DNA of 64,000 nt from Mobula hypostoma (taxonomy: Eukaryota). Under the pieces are notes generated by a model. That model saw nothing but the letters and a program-made list of their open reading frames with translations. It was not told the origin of the DNA and searched no databases. The stretch lies in NCBI RefSeq assembly GCF_963921235.1, contig NC_086097.1, positions 174,904,001 to 174,968,000 on the forward strand. The letters run 5' to 3'. Positions within the stretch are counted from its first letter, which is position 1; each line of letters starts with the position of its first letter. Shown here piece after piece: positions 11,475 to 24,600 of this stretch. A program made the position numbers and the translations under genes.

Positions 11475-14060
11475 TCAAAATTCAAAGTTCAAAGTAAATT
11501 TATTGTCAAAGTACATATTTATCACCATATACAATTGCAGACAGTCACAGTAAATACAAGAAACAATAGAATCAACAGAGGATCACACCATCAGGGCAGA
11601 CAACAACCAATGTGCAAACAAAACAACAAACAGTGCAAATACAAAAAGAAAGATTAAAAAATTAGAAATACTAATAATAAATAAACAATAACTATCGAGA
11701 ACGAAAGATGAAGAATTCTTGAAACAGTCCAGTTCAGTGGGAATAGTTCAGTGATCGGGCAAGTGAAGTTATCTCTTCTGGCTCAAGAGCCTGATCGTTG
11801 AGGGGTAATAACATTTCCTGAAATGGGTAGTGCAGGTCCTGAGGCTCCTGTACCTTCTTCCTGGTGGCAGCAGTGAGAAGAGAGCATGGCTTGGAAGGTG
11901 GGGGTTGTTGATGATGGATCCTGTTTTCCTGTGACAGTGCTCCATGTAGATGTACTCAATGGTGGGGAGGGCTTTAACCATGATGGACTGGGCTGTATCC
12001 ACTACTGTTAGTAGAACTTTTCATGCAAGGGCATTGGTGTTTTCATTCCAGACCATAATAAACTCTCCGCTACACATCTATAGAAGTTTGTTCAAAGGTT
12101 TAGATGACATACTGAATCTTCACCAACTTCAGAGAAAGTGGAGGCGCTGCCATGCTTTTATTGTAATTGCACCTGCATACTGGACCTGGGCCAGGTCCTC
12201 GGAAACGATAACACCGAAGAATTTGAAGCTACTGACCCTCTCCACCCCTGATTCTCTGATGAGGACTGGCTCGTGGACCTTCAGTTCTTTCCTCCAGAAG
12301 TCAATAATCAGCTCCTTGGTCTCACCAGTGCTGAGTAAGAGGTTGTTGCCGTGCCACCACTCAGCCAGATTTTCCATCTCCCTCCTATATGCTGATTCAT
12401 CATCTTTGATTCAGCCCCCGACAGTGATGTAGTCAGCAAACTGAGATATGGCATTAGCCTCATAGTCTTGAGGGTAGATCAAGAGGCCGCGCACACAGCT
12501 TTGTGATGCACCTGTGCTGATGGAGATTGTGGAGGAGATGTTATTCCGAATCTGAACTGACTGGGGTCTACAAGTAGGGAAATTTGGGATCCAGTTGCAC
12601 AAGGAGGTACTGAGGCCTTGGACTTAAAGCTTATTGATTAGCTTTGAGGGGATAATAGCCAAGCCATAGTCAATTAATCGCTTCCTGATGTATCCACCTT
12701 CACTGTCCAGATGTTCCTGGGTTGAGTGAAGAGCCAGTGAATTGGTATCTGCTGTTGACCTGTGCAACAGTAGGCAAATTGGTATGGATCCAAGTTGCTT
12801 CTCAAGCAAGAGTTGATATGTTTTTCATCACCAGCCTCTCAAAGCACTTTGTCACGGTGGATGTAAGTGTACTGGACTATAGTTATTGAGCTGGGTTACC
12901 ATGTTCTTCTCAAGCACCAGTATAATTGAAGCCTGATTGAAGCAGGTGGGTACTTCAGACTGCCAAAGCAAGAGGTTAAAGAAATCGGTGAACACTGCAG
13001 CCAGTTGACCAGCACCAGTCTTTAGTCCTTGACCAGGTGCTTTCCATGGGTTCACCCTCCTGAAAGATGCTCTGATGTTGGTCTCAGAGCCAATAGACTG
13101 TTCCTGGACTTATTTCCTGGCATAATTTACATATTACTATTTAACTATTTATGGTTTTATTACTATTATTATTTATGGTGCAACTGTAACGAAAACCAAT
13201 TTCCCCCGGGATCAATAAAGTATGACTATGAGAATGAAATCACAGGGTCGTCAGGGGCTGTGGGAGTTTGTGAAGTTGTCCCCAGGCTTTGATGGTCAAA
13301 GAGAGCATAAAAGGCATTGAGCTCATCTGGAAGCGAAATCCTATTATTACCTATGTCACTTGTTTCAGTTTGGTCTAGAATTGCCACTTCTTTCGTGACA
13401 TGGCTTTCTGGAGATTTGTTCCTGGACCTCTTGTATTTAATTTGGTTACTAGACCTGAATGCCACTGATCTGGCCCTCAGCAGATTGGTTAGTAAAGACT
13501 GAATGATTTTGTGGGGACACACTCCTCTACAACTGGTTTTATAGAGTCTGTAACAACCTTGTGTATTTGTACAGATCCTCTGATGAGTCCTTGAACACGG
13601 CCTAGTCTCCCAACTCGAAGCAATCCCATAGCCACTTCTCTGCCTTCTGCACCACCTCTATGTTGTCCGTGTCTCTGTAGCCAGCCTCTGTCTGTGTGCA
13701 GATAGGAGGAGGACTGCTAAGTGATCAGACTTCCCGAAATGCAGTCTCGGCATGGAACAGTAGGCATTCCTAATCGCGGGGTAACTGTGGTCGAATGTAT
13801 AGGGACCCCTGGTGCTTCAGGTGATATGTTGATGAGAATTGTGCAGAATTTTCTGCAAACAAGCCTGATTGAAGTCCCCGACAATTATTTGAAAGGCATC
13901 AGGGGTAGGCTGTTTCTTGTCGACGAATTGTGGGATTCGATACATCAAGTGCTTGTTCAACATCTGCTTTTGGTGGGATGTAAACTACGGTCAGGATCAC
14001 GGAGAAAACTCTTGGTAGGTAGAGCTCTGTTGGTCCTCAGTATTGCTCTCCAGTGACTGT
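11475..14060 (-). mobile_element. Rex1/Babar-like LINE, long decayed ORF2 (endonuclease remnant, RT, C-terminus)
   Basis: Fragments include [65 protein letters not shown] and LPPGRRYRSLRT.TT.FR. Confidence 0.88.
13087..13230 (+). mobile_element. 5'-truncated 3' end of a younger Rex1-like family nested in the older element
   Basis: Closely similar to the reverse complement of ~59215-59368 (gccaatag.ctg.tcctggacttatttcctggcataatttacatatta...gggatcaataaagtatgactatg). Confidence 0.8.
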
Positions 14061-15299
14061 ACATTTTCTAACAAGATGCTGGGTAGAAGGAGCTTCATTC
14101 CTCTGCGTTTCAGCCTGGAGTGGAGTCCATTCCTCCTGCCATGGCGATGTACCTTTGTCTGTTCAGTGGTTCCATACCTGCATGCATCACATGCAGAGTG
14201 GCATTTAGAAACTTAGTCATGCAGCAGAGAGGCAGGCCGTTCAGCTATCATGCCCATACGGAATTTTCAGCCCATCTACACTAATCCCATTAACCCGCAC
14301 TAGGACCGTATACCTCTAATGCCACTGAAACATAATAACTAGTTGGTTCCACCATCTCTTCTGGCATTGCATTCCAGATATCAACCACTTTCTGTGTAAA
14401 ACAAAAGCTTAACCCTCAAATACCCTGTAAAATGCCTTAAATCTATGCCCTCTTGTTTTGATTCCTGAACCCTATCTGTGCTTCTTGTCTTATACACCTA
14501 TATGTGTCACTCTCTAGTGAGCTTCATCACAAGGAAAACACACTCAGCCGATACAATCTCAGTCCATGGCCAAAGCCTTCCAATCTATTGAATCTCCTTT
14601 GCACTCTCTCCAATGCAGCCACATCTTTCCTCAGTAGGGTCCTGGCATTGCGGTTTCAACCCAAAATATTGACAATACCCCCTTGCCCAACAGATGTTGC
14701 TCAAACTGCTGAGTTCCTCCAGCAGGCTCTTTGTTGCTCTGGATTCCAGCATCTCCTGTGTCCACATCTTTCCCACAGTGTGGTGAGCAGTCTTGAACAC
14801 CATACTCGTGTGGCCCAAGCACTGCTTTGTAAATCTTTGCAAAACTGTAATGTTTGATGGCACCTTTCAAACTATGAACCCTACTACTAAAAAGTCTGGG
14901 GTAGCTGGGAGCCCCACCGCCTCCGGGTTCCCTTGCAAGCTGCACGTCATCTTGACTTGGAAATGTGTCATTGCCAAGTCAAACTCCTGGATCTGCCTCC
15001 TCAGCAGCACCAAGGGAACACCAGAAGGACTGCAGTTGTTCATAGAGGTAGCTACCCAAGGAGCAGTTGGGGATGCGCAATAAGTGCCCACCTCTGTATC
15101 ACTATTTTTGCCAAATATACCTTTGGAAAATCGGACTTCCGATTTCATCTTCATTGTGGCCACATTTCTGAAGTAGTTCATTGTAAATATATTGTCATTC
15201 ACAACATTTCCTTAGATTTTACTTTTTATTTTTTATTTATTGAGATACAACCCTTCAGTCTGTGCTGTGCAGCAATGCCCCGACTTAATCCTAGCCCAG

Positions 15300-15492
15300 T
15301 CACAGGACAATTTACAATGAACAATTAAGCTACCAACCAGTACGTCCTGGGACTGTGGGAGGAAACTGGAACACTTGGTGCAAACCCACGTGGTCACGGG
15401 GAAATCGTACAGACTCCTTACAGGCAGTAGCGGGAATTAAACTGGGTCACTGGTAAAGCGTTGTGCTAACCACTATGCTACTCTGCCGCCCT
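15300..15492 (-). mobile_element. V-SINE (HE1-like)
   Basis: Reverse V-domain (ggactgtgggaggaaactggaacac...acccacgtggtcacgggga) and a tRNA-like head (minus strand ggcggcagagtagcatagtggttagcacaacgct). Confidence 0.75.
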
Positions 15493-15869
15493 CTTAAGAA
15501 TGTTTAACTTAGAGCACTGTAAAGCGTTCCACTCCTTTGTGATATAGTGTGGTTACTCTCCTTGGCTTTTAGATTGCATGATGATAACTGACGGAGGTGT
15601 TTGGTCTGGCTGTTTAATTGTGATTTTCTATGAAGTTTAACAATTAATTGTCTGCTGTTTAATATGGCTCTTAGTGGTCATATGTAAATAGCAGCTGTTT
15701 AGGCAGCCCCCTAGAGGTTACATTTGTAGATTCTGGAAAGCTCTGGAGGCTTCTCTTGGTATTGAATTATTTGAATAGTGGCTTTTGGATTGTCAGACTT
15801 TTACCTGCAAATTTGAATGGAATGTTTCTTCCCTATGTGTATAAAAAGAGCTGACTACATAAAATCACT

Positions 15870-16660
15870 CCCGCCATGACTCCCTTGACCATTTGTCCCT
15901 CCCCACTGATCTCCCTCCTGGCACTTATCCTTGCAAGTGGAACAAGTACCATACCTGCCCCTGGACCTCCTCCCTCACCACAGGTCAGGGCCCCAAACAG
16001 TCCTATCAGGTGAGGTGAGTCTGCTGGGGTCATCTACTGTATCTGGTACTCCCAATGTGGCCTCTTGGATATCGGTAAGACCCAATGTACATTGGGAGAC
16101 TGCTTCGCCGAGCACCTACACTCCATCTGCCAGAAAAGAGTAGGATCTCCCAGTGGCCACCCATTTTAATTCCACTTCCCATTCCCATTCCGATATGTCA
16201 ATCCATGTCCTCCTCTACTGCTGCGATGAGGCCACACTCAGGTTGGAGGGGCAGCTCCTTGTATTCTGTCTGGATAGCCTCCAACCTGATGGCATGAATA
16301 TCAATTTCTCAAACTTCCAGCAATGCCTCCCTCCCCCCACCCCCTTCACCATTCCCCATTCCCTTTTCCCTCTCACCTTATCTCCTTGCCTGCCCATCAC
16401 CTCCCTCTGGTGCTCCTCCCCACTTTTCTTCTTTCCATGGCCTTCTGTCCTCTCCTGTTAGGATTCCACTCTTCTCTAGCCCTGTATCTCTTTCACCAAT
16501 CAACTTCCCAGCCCTTTACTTCGCCCCTCCCCCTCCTCCTGGTTTCATCTATCACCTTGTGTTTGTTTCTTCCTTCCCTCCCCCAACCTTCTAACTCTGA
16601 CTCCCATCTTTTTTTCTTCAGTCCCGACGAAGGGTCTCAGCCCAAAATGTTGACTGTTTA
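15870..16660 (+). mobile_element. Penelope-like element 3' part: decayed GIY-YIG endonuclease plus terminal repeat with hammerhead-like motif
   Basis: 16030-16130 translates VIYCIWYSQCGLLDIGKTQCTLGDCFAEHLHSI (GIY-YIG type: VIY..C..C..YIGET.R.L..RF.EH). It is followed by PVATHFNS..HS, a pyrimidine tract and cagtcccgacgaagggtctcagcccaaaatgttgactg. Confidence 0.82.
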
Positions 16661-17489
16661 AAGATATTTTACAATGCAGAGTATTATTGCCTTCACTATC
16701 CCCTCCCCCGACATCATTAGCAACCCCAAACCACTTTACAGCCAGTGAAGTACTTTTGGGCTGTAAGCACTGTTAGGAACATGGCAAGCGATGTATGCAC
16801 AGACAATGACATGGTTATTGATAGTTGACTGTTAGCCCAGGGCACAGGAGATAACTTCCCTCCTCTACTTCAGAATAGTGCCTTTGTAGCTTTACATATC
16901 TGACAGAAGCGAGATTAATGTTTCATTTGATGGTGAAGTACCAGTCGGAAGTGTGTGTGATAACAAGCCCCGAGTGACGCTCAGCTGAAATATATATCTG
17001 TATGTTAATGTGCGTAATACGTATAATGTGCACCTGTTTAGAGTGCCTTTTCCAAACAGTCACATTGAACTCCGGTGTTGGCCTAGAGTTTATGTTAACA
17101 GGCACAAGAGAGGATTTGAGCTCTGGGGACAATTGACCATTATCATATTGAATAGTGGGTAAGGACAACGTGACCACACACTATTTTTGTTTGTATTTTT
17201 GTGGATCTTGAGTGTATCCATAAACCTCCGAGCTCAGGAATGTACTCAGGGCCCCACAGCTGAGAGCGCCAAACGTTATTGGCTAGAGTCAACAACATCT
17301 TATAGTTTCGGCCTTGCCATCTCAAAGCTCCTGATTGCACTGGGTAGATTCAGACACATGACCACGTGTGGGGAAATTACAATTCGCACATTCCTAGTGG
17401 CTCTGACGGGTTTAACATTGACAAATTCCTTGCCACTAACGTGTCAGAGGATCTGTCCTGGGACCACCACATAGTGTCATCATGAAGGA

Positions 17490-18125
17490 GGCCCCTACTT
17501 TCTTAGAAGATGACATAGAATCAGCATGTCACCAAAAACTACGACAAGCCCCTATAACTGCAGAGTGGAGAGTATCCGAACTGGTTGCATCACAGTCTGG
17601 TATGGAAACACTGATGCCTGGGAATGGAAAAGACTGCAGAAAGTGGTGGACACTGCTAAGCCCATCACAGGCAAAGCTGGCCCCACCATTGAATATATTT
17701 ACATGGAACACTGCCACAAGAAAGCAGCATCCATCATCACAGACCTCTACTAACCAGGCCATGCCCTCTTCTTGATACTAACATCAGGCAGGAAGTAGGT
17801 CTCACACCACCAGGTTCTGGACAAATCATTACCCTAAAACCATTGGGCTCCTCAACCAGCATGGATAATTTCAATCGCCACTACTCTGAACTGATCCTAC
17901 ATCCTACAGACTAACTTTCATGGACTCCTTGTAAATCATGTTTTCAGCATCTTTTTAATTTGCACAGCTTCTCTTCTTTTGCACATTGGTGGTTTTTGAT
18001 CTTTGTTTATATATAGTTTTTGGTAATTGCTATTGAATTTATTTTTTCCCTATAAATGCCTGTAAGAAAATGAATCTCAAGGTAGTACGTGGTAACATAT
18101 TCCATATTTTTACTTTGAACTTGGT
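17490..18125 (+). mobile_element. Rex1/Babar-like LINE 3' fragment
   Basis: ORF 17526-17753: ESIRTGCITVWYGN...KRLQKVVDTA..ITG...P.IE.IY..HC.KKAASII.D. Confidence 0.85.
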
Positions 18126-18710
18126 TTATTATTGTCATAAGTACTGAGGTAAGTGAAAACTTTGTTTTGCATTCCATCCATACAGTTCATTTCATTACAA
18201 CAGTGCATAGAGGCAGTACGAAGGAAAACAGTAACAGAATGCAGAATAAAATGTTACAGAAAATGTACTATTATCATACTAAGGGATCATTCAATAGATT
18301 TATAACAATAGGATAGAATTCTAAAGTAAGTACATGTTCGGCACAGCATTATGGCCAAAGGGCCTGTGTTGTGATGTAGGTTTTCTATGTTTCTAAGCTG
18401 CCCTTGGGCTTGGGGGCTTTTCATTTCAGGCTTTTGTAACCACTGCTCAAAGGGAGGGGGGAGAAGAGAGAATGTCTGGGGTAGGATAAGTCTTTGATTT
18501 TGTTTTTGATGGGGCAATAATAAGTGTAGATAGTCCATGGAAAGGAGATTGGTTTCTGTGGTGTGCTAAGCTGTATCCACAATTCTCTACAGTTTCTTCA
18601 GGTCTTGGGCAGAGCAAGCTATGATATATTTGTTTAGGTCAGTGATATTAATGCCATCTTAAGCAATTAAAAGAAAATATATTAACCATATTTTTCTGTT
18701 TATTTTTCAG

Positions 18711-18820
18711 AGCAGAAAAAGTCAGGAAAAATCCAGCCGGAACTCAACAATATCAGTTCTTACGGAACTGTATGGGATGGAGAACAGAACAATGATTCTG
18801 TGGGTGAAAATGCAAAGTAA
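18711..18820 (+). CDS. NIPAL2: NIPAL2 terminal coding exon
   Basis: Pyrimidine-rich acceptor tttttctgtttatttttcAG ends at 18710. Phase fits the previous exon (A|AG=Lys). Translates KQKKSGKIQPELNNISSYGTVWDGEQNNDSVGENAK*, similar to recalled KQMLDKIQPD..SYGTL.DG. TAA at 18818-18820. Confidence 0.85.
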
Positions 18821-19219
18821 CCAGCAAATGGCAGATTGAAATGGATTTAATACTTGAACTAAGTATTAACTCAACCTTAACACCTCATCACGTTAGATGT
18901 TCTTGGTTTGGATTCTGGATTCATCCTACGTTGTACTGTTGAGGGGCTGTGGTCTAATCACACTTCAATGTTTACAGTGGAAAATGTCACTTCATCAGTC
19001 ATGTGACTTCTAAAAAAGAAATTTATAAAGGGGCATTCTTTTGATTTTGGACTTTGAAATCCATTTGACAAACAAACATATTTATTCCAAGATTTAAGCA
19101 GAAAAGCAGGATGATAATTCTTTCTATAATTTATTTACAGTTTGCATTGTTGGAGGATGCTAACATTGAAGGGTAGAGGGAAAGTTACTAAGTGAGGCAA
19201 CAGTTCCAGGTTAATAGAA

Positions 19220-19970
19220 GGTTGCCTGAAAAAACAAAGAATTTGTATATATCTAGCATCTTCAAGAGCTCAGGGTTTCCCTGCATGCCTTACTGCAGAA
19301 GATACCACTTCTGAACGTGGTAATGTTGTCGTATAGAAATTGCGGAATATCTCACAGGGCATGAACATTGATTTCTCTAACTACTGGCAGTTTCTCCCCA
19401 CATCTTCCCTCCTCTCCTTTTCCATTCCCTATTCTGGTTCCCCTCATACCCTATTTCTTATCCTCATCTGCCCATCGTCCTTCTCTGGTTTCTCTCTTCC
19501 ATGGTCACTCTCCTCACAGCTTCTTACTTCAACCCTCCTCTTCCCCCTCCCCATCCTTCATCCACTTGTACCCTCCCACCTTCTTATCCTGTCATCTACC
19601 CTCATTCTTTTCCAGTCCTGATGAAAGGTCTCGGCCCAAAATGTCAATTGTTCATGGCCCTGCATGGATGCTACCTGATCTGCTGAGTTCCTCCAGCATT
19701 TTGCATGTGTAGACCTCCTGCTGATAATGTTTTATTGACGTTGGTTGTAGGGGATTTATATTGGCCAGGGGAGTTGAGATATCTGACTGTCAGCAAAGTG
19801 ATACGATAGGGTATTTTACATTCACTGGTGGAAAAGGACTGGACTTTCAACTATCATCTGACCCATGGCACTTCCAACAGTGCAGTACTCCTTCAGTAAG
19901 GCACTGGAGTGTCAGTGTGGACTGAATACCTGTGTCTCTGGTGTTGAACCCTATAAACCTTAAGTACTGT
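19220..19970 (-). mobile_element. Old Deu-SINE (SacSINE1/AmnSINE-like) in the putative NIPAL2 3' UTR, interrupted by a Penelope fragment
   Basis: Characteristic reverse-strand blocks cacttctgaacgtggtaatgttgtcgtatagaaa (~19305-19340) and ggcacttccaacagtgcagtactccttcagtaaggcactggagtgtcag (~19867-19916). Related copies at ~16720-16925 and ~60420-60605. Family assigned from memory. Confidence 0.6.
19345..19712 (+). mobile_element. Penelope-like terminal fragment with hammerhead-like motif
   Basis: Contains ggcatgaacattgatttctctaac (same block as 16291), a pyrimidine tract, ccagtcctgatgaaaggtctcggcccaaaatgtc, and gatgct.cctg..ctgctgagttcctccagcattttg. Confidence 0.8.
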
Positions 19971-20135
19971 AATTACAAAGTTTAGCCGTTTATATTAATC
20001 AGCACAGTAGCATATTTAATTTTAGTTACTTTCCAGTATTTACTTAATATTTGATATTTTCAAGTTAAGTTCTTTTATCATTATGACTAAAATAGTTTCT
20101 TGTTTAAAATGTTCAATTAACTTGTCAACAAATGG

Positions 20136-20141
20136 AATAAA
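20136..20141 (+). promoter_or_regulatory. Candidate polyadenylation signal for NIPAL2 (implies a ~1.3 kb 3' UTR)
   Basis: AATAAA preceded by AU-rich sequence and followed by GT/T-rich sequence (tgttctcttgtttgct). No transcript evidence. Confidence 0.5.
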
Positions 20142-20809
20142 ATGTTGTTTCCTGTAACGTTTCACATGAATGTTCTCTTGTTTGCTCCTGCTTCTCTCCA
20201 TAATGCTGTCAGAGTCAGAGAGACATACAGCATGGAAACAGGCCCCTCCCTCATCTGAAACTGGTCCATGCTGACCAAGATGCTCATTTCAGCTCGTCCC
20301 ATTTGCCCACATTTAGTTCACATCTCTTTAAGCCTTTCCTAACTATGTACCTTTCCAAGTGCCTTTTAAATGTTGTTAACATATCTGCAATTACCTCTTT
20401 CTCTGGCAGGTTGTTCCTTATATTGACCACCCGCTGCTTGGAGAAAATGCCCCCCCAGGTTCCTATTAAACCTCTCCTCTCTCACCTTGTGCCTTCTAGT
20501 GCTTGATTTCCCAACCCTAGTGTGTATATTAACTATATCTATAATCCTCATGGGGAAGTCAGAGGTAAGATTACTAGGGTGGTGAGTGCATGGGACACAT
20601 TGCCATGGGTGGTCATAGAGGCTGCTGCAATAGGGACATTTCAGAGGCTCTTAGATAGGCATATGTGTGGAAGAAAAAATAGAGGGTTATAGGCAGTATA
20701 GGAGGGAAGTGTTAGATTGATTGTGAAATATGTTCATATTGGTCATAACATAGTGGGCTGAAGGGCTTGTACTGTTTATTCTTGTTCTCATTCCCCTATG
20801 CTCCAATGA

Positions 20810-21485
20810 ATTAGATTAGATTATGAGGACACTCAGTCCTCGTTTATTGTCATTTAGTAATGCATGCATTAAGAAATGATACAATGTTCCTCCAGTATGA
20901 TATCACAGAAACACAAGACAGACCAAGACTAAAACTGACAAAAACCACATAATTATAACATATAGTTACAACAGTGCAAAGCAATACCGTAATTTGATAT
21001 AGAGCAGACCATGGGCACGGTTAAAAAAAAGTCTCAAAGTCCCGATAGCCCCATCATCTCACTCAGACGGTAAAAGGAAGAAACTCTCCCTGCCATGAAC
21101 CTCCAGCACTGCAAACTTGCCGATGCAGCACCCTGGAAGCACCCAACCACAGCCGACTCCGAGTCTGTCCGAAAACTTCAAGCCTCTGACCAGCCCTCCG
21201 ACACCGAGCACCGAGCACCATCTCTGTCGAGCGCTTCGACCCCGGCCCCGGCCACCAAGCAACAGGCAAAGCCGAGGATTCGAGGCCTTCCCCTCCGGAG
21301 ATTCTGGATCACACAGTAGCAGAGACGGTGAAACAAGCATTTCAGAAGTTTCACCAGATGTTCTTCCGTGCTTCTCACGTCCATCTACATCAAATCAGGA
21401 TTGTGCATGGTATCCTACTTGACAAATAACAGATATTCATCACCGGCGTGGCTGCTGCGTGCTGCATCGCGCCGCCATCTTCTCT
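20810..21485 (-). mobile_element. Non-autonomous retroelement (~680 bp), CpG-rich, with (ATCTA)n tail
   Basis: Minus strand starts agAAGATGGCGGCG and ends gacaataaacgaggactgagtgtcctcataatctaatctaa. No coding similarity recognised. Confidence 0.6.
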
Positions 21486-21607
21486 TCTGAGATGGTTAAG
21501 TTCCAGGTTGCTTAACCTCTCTCCTTAACTCAGTCCCTTGAGTCCTTGGACAAATCATTGTAAATTTCTTTAACTCCATCATCTTTATCCTGATTCTTTA
21601 GTTGCAG

Positions 21608-24600
21608 GTGGGATGGGGATGGAATGGTTTTGACCGTGGGATGGGGATGGAATGGTTTTGTCTGTGGGATGGAGATGGAATGGTTTTGGCCGTGGGATGA
21701 GGATGGAATGGTTTTGACCATGGGATGGGGATGGAATGGTTTTGGGGATGGGATGGTTTTTGCCGTGGGTGAGGATGGAATGGTTTTGTCTGTGGGATGG
21801 GGATGGAATGGTTTTGACCGTGGATGGGGATGGGATGGTATTGACCGTGGGATGGGGATGAAATGCTTTTGGCCGTGGGATGGGGATGGGATGGTTTTGA
21901 CCGTGGGATGGGGATGGAATGATTTTGGCCGTAGGATGGAATGGTTTTGACCGAGGGATGGGGCTGGAATGGTTTTGGCCGTGGGATGGGGATGAAATGC
22001 TTTTGGCCGTGGGATGGGGATGGGATGGTTTTGACCGTGGGCTGGGGATGGGGGGATGGAATGGATTTCGTATTTGACCGTGGGATGGGGATGGAACGGT
22101 TCTGACTGTGGGATGGGGATGGAATGGTTTTGGGGATTGGATGGTTTTGACCGTGGGATGGGGATGGAATGGTTTTGGCCATGGGCTGGGGATGGGGGGA
22201 TGGAACGGGTTTCGGATTTGACCGTGGGATGGGGATGGAACAGATTTGCCTGTGGAATGGGGATGGAATGGTTTTGACGGTGGGATGGGGATAAAATGGT
22301 TTTGGCCGTGGGATGGGGATGGGATGGTTTTGACCGTGGGATGGGGATGGAATGGTTTTGGCCATGGGCTGGGGATGGGGAGATGGAACGGGTTTCGGAT
22401 TTGACCGTGGGATGGGGATGGAATGGTTTTGACGGTGGGATGGGGATGGAATGGTTTTGACGGTGGGATGGGGATAAAATGGTTTTGGCCGTGGGATGGG
22501 GATGAAATGCTTTTGGCCGTGGGATGGGGATGGGATGGTTTTGACCGTGGGATGGGGATGGAATGGTTTTGGTCATGGGCTGGGGATGGGGGTATGGAAT
22601 GGATTTCGTATTTGACCGTGGGATGGGGATGGAACGGTTCTGACTGTGGGATGGGGATGGAATGGTTTTGGGAATTGGATGGTTTTGACCGTGGGATGGG
22701 GATGGAATGGTTTTGGGAATTGGATGGTTTTGACCGTGGGATGGGGATGGAAAGGTTTTGGGGATGGAATGGTTTTGGCCATGGGCTGGGGATGGGGAGA
22801 TGGAACGGGTTTCGGATTTGACCGTGGGATGGGGATGGAATGGTTTTGATGGTGGGATGGGGATGGAATGGTTTTGACGGTGGGATGGGGATAAAATGGT
22901 TTTGGCCGTGGGATGGGGATGAAATGCTTTTGGCCATGGGATGGGGATGGGATGGTTTTGACCGTGGGATGGGGATGGAATGGTTTTGGTCATGGGCTGG
23001 GGATGGGGGTATGGAATGGATTTCGTATTTGACCGTGGGATGGGGATGGAACGGTTCTGACTGTGGGATGGGGATGGAATGGTTTTGGGAATTGGATGGT
23101 TTTGACCGTGGGATGGGGATGGAAAGGTTTCGGGGATGGAATGGTTTTGGCCATGGGCTGGGGATGGGGAGATGGAACGGGTTTCGGATTTGACCGTGGG
23201 ATGGGGATGGAATGGTTTTGACGGTGGGATGGGGATAAAATGGTTTTGGCCGTGGGATGGGGATGAAATGCTTTTGGCCGTGGGATGGGGATGGGATGGT
23301 TTTGACCGTGGGATGGGGATGGAATGGTTTTGGTCATGGGCTGGGGATGGGGGTATGGAATGGATTTCGTATTTGACCGTGGGATGGGGATGGAACGGTT
23401 CTGACTGTGGGATGGGGATGGAATGGTTTTGGGAATTGGATGGTTTTGACCGTGGGATGGGGATGGAAAGGTTTTGGGGATGGAAAGGTTTTGGCCATGG
23501 GCTGGGGATGGGGAGATGGAACGGGTTTCGGATTTGACCGTGGGATGGGGATGGAATGGTTTTGACGGTGGGATGGGGATAAAATGGTTTTGGCCGTGGG
23601 ATGGGGATGAAATGCTTTTGGCCATGGGATGGGGATGGGATGGTATTGACCGTGGGATGGGGATGGAATGGTTTTGGCCGTGGATTGGGGATGGAATGGT
23701 TTTGGGGATGGGATGGTTTTGACCGTGGGATGGAGATGGAACAGTTCTGATTGTGGGATGGGGATGGAATGGTTTTGGGGATGGGATGATTTTGACCGTG
23801 GGATGCGGATGGAATGGTTTTGGCCGTGGGCTGGGGATGGGGGGGATGGAACGGGTTTCGGATTTGCCTGTGGGATGGGGATGGAATGGTTTTGACAGTG
23901 GGATGGGGATAAAATGGTTTTGGCCGTGGGATGGAATGGTTTTGGCCGTGGGATGGAATGGTTTTGGCCGTGGGATGGGGATGGAATGAATTTGGCTGTG
24001 GGATGGAGATGGAATGGTTTTGGCCGTGGGATGGAGATGGGATGGTATTGACCGTGGGATGGGGATGGAATGGTTTTGGCCGTGGATTGGGGATGGAATG
24101 GTTTTGACCCTGGGATGGGATGGAATGGTTTTGGCTGTGGGATGCGGATGGAATGGTTTTGACCATGGGATGGGGATGAAATGGTTTTGACCATGGGATG
24201 GGGATGGAATGGTTTTGACCATGGGATGGGAATGGAAAGGTTTTGGGGATGGGATGGTTTGGACTGGGATGGGGATGGAAAGGTTTTGGGGATAGAAAGG
24301 TTTTGGGGATGGAATGGTTTTGGCTGCGGGATGGGGATGGAATAGTTTTGGCCGTGGGATGGGGATGGAATGGTTTTGGCCGTGGGATGGAGATGGAATA
24401 GTTTTGGCCGTGGGATGGGGATGAAGTGGTTTTGACCGTGGGATGGGGATGGGATGGTTTTGACTGTGGGATGGGGATGGGGATGGAACGGATTTGACCG
24501 TGGGATGGGGATGGAACAGATTTGACTGTGTGATGGGGATGGAATGGTTTTGACCTTGGGATGGGGATAAAGTGTTTTCGGCTGTGGGATGGAGATGGAA

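Noticed and set aside
21059..21422. Overlapping GC-rich ORFs on both strands as a small gene or CpG-island promoter of a host gene
   Set aside because: They fall within a ~680-bp tailed retroelement, with no recognisable protein similarity or splice pattern.
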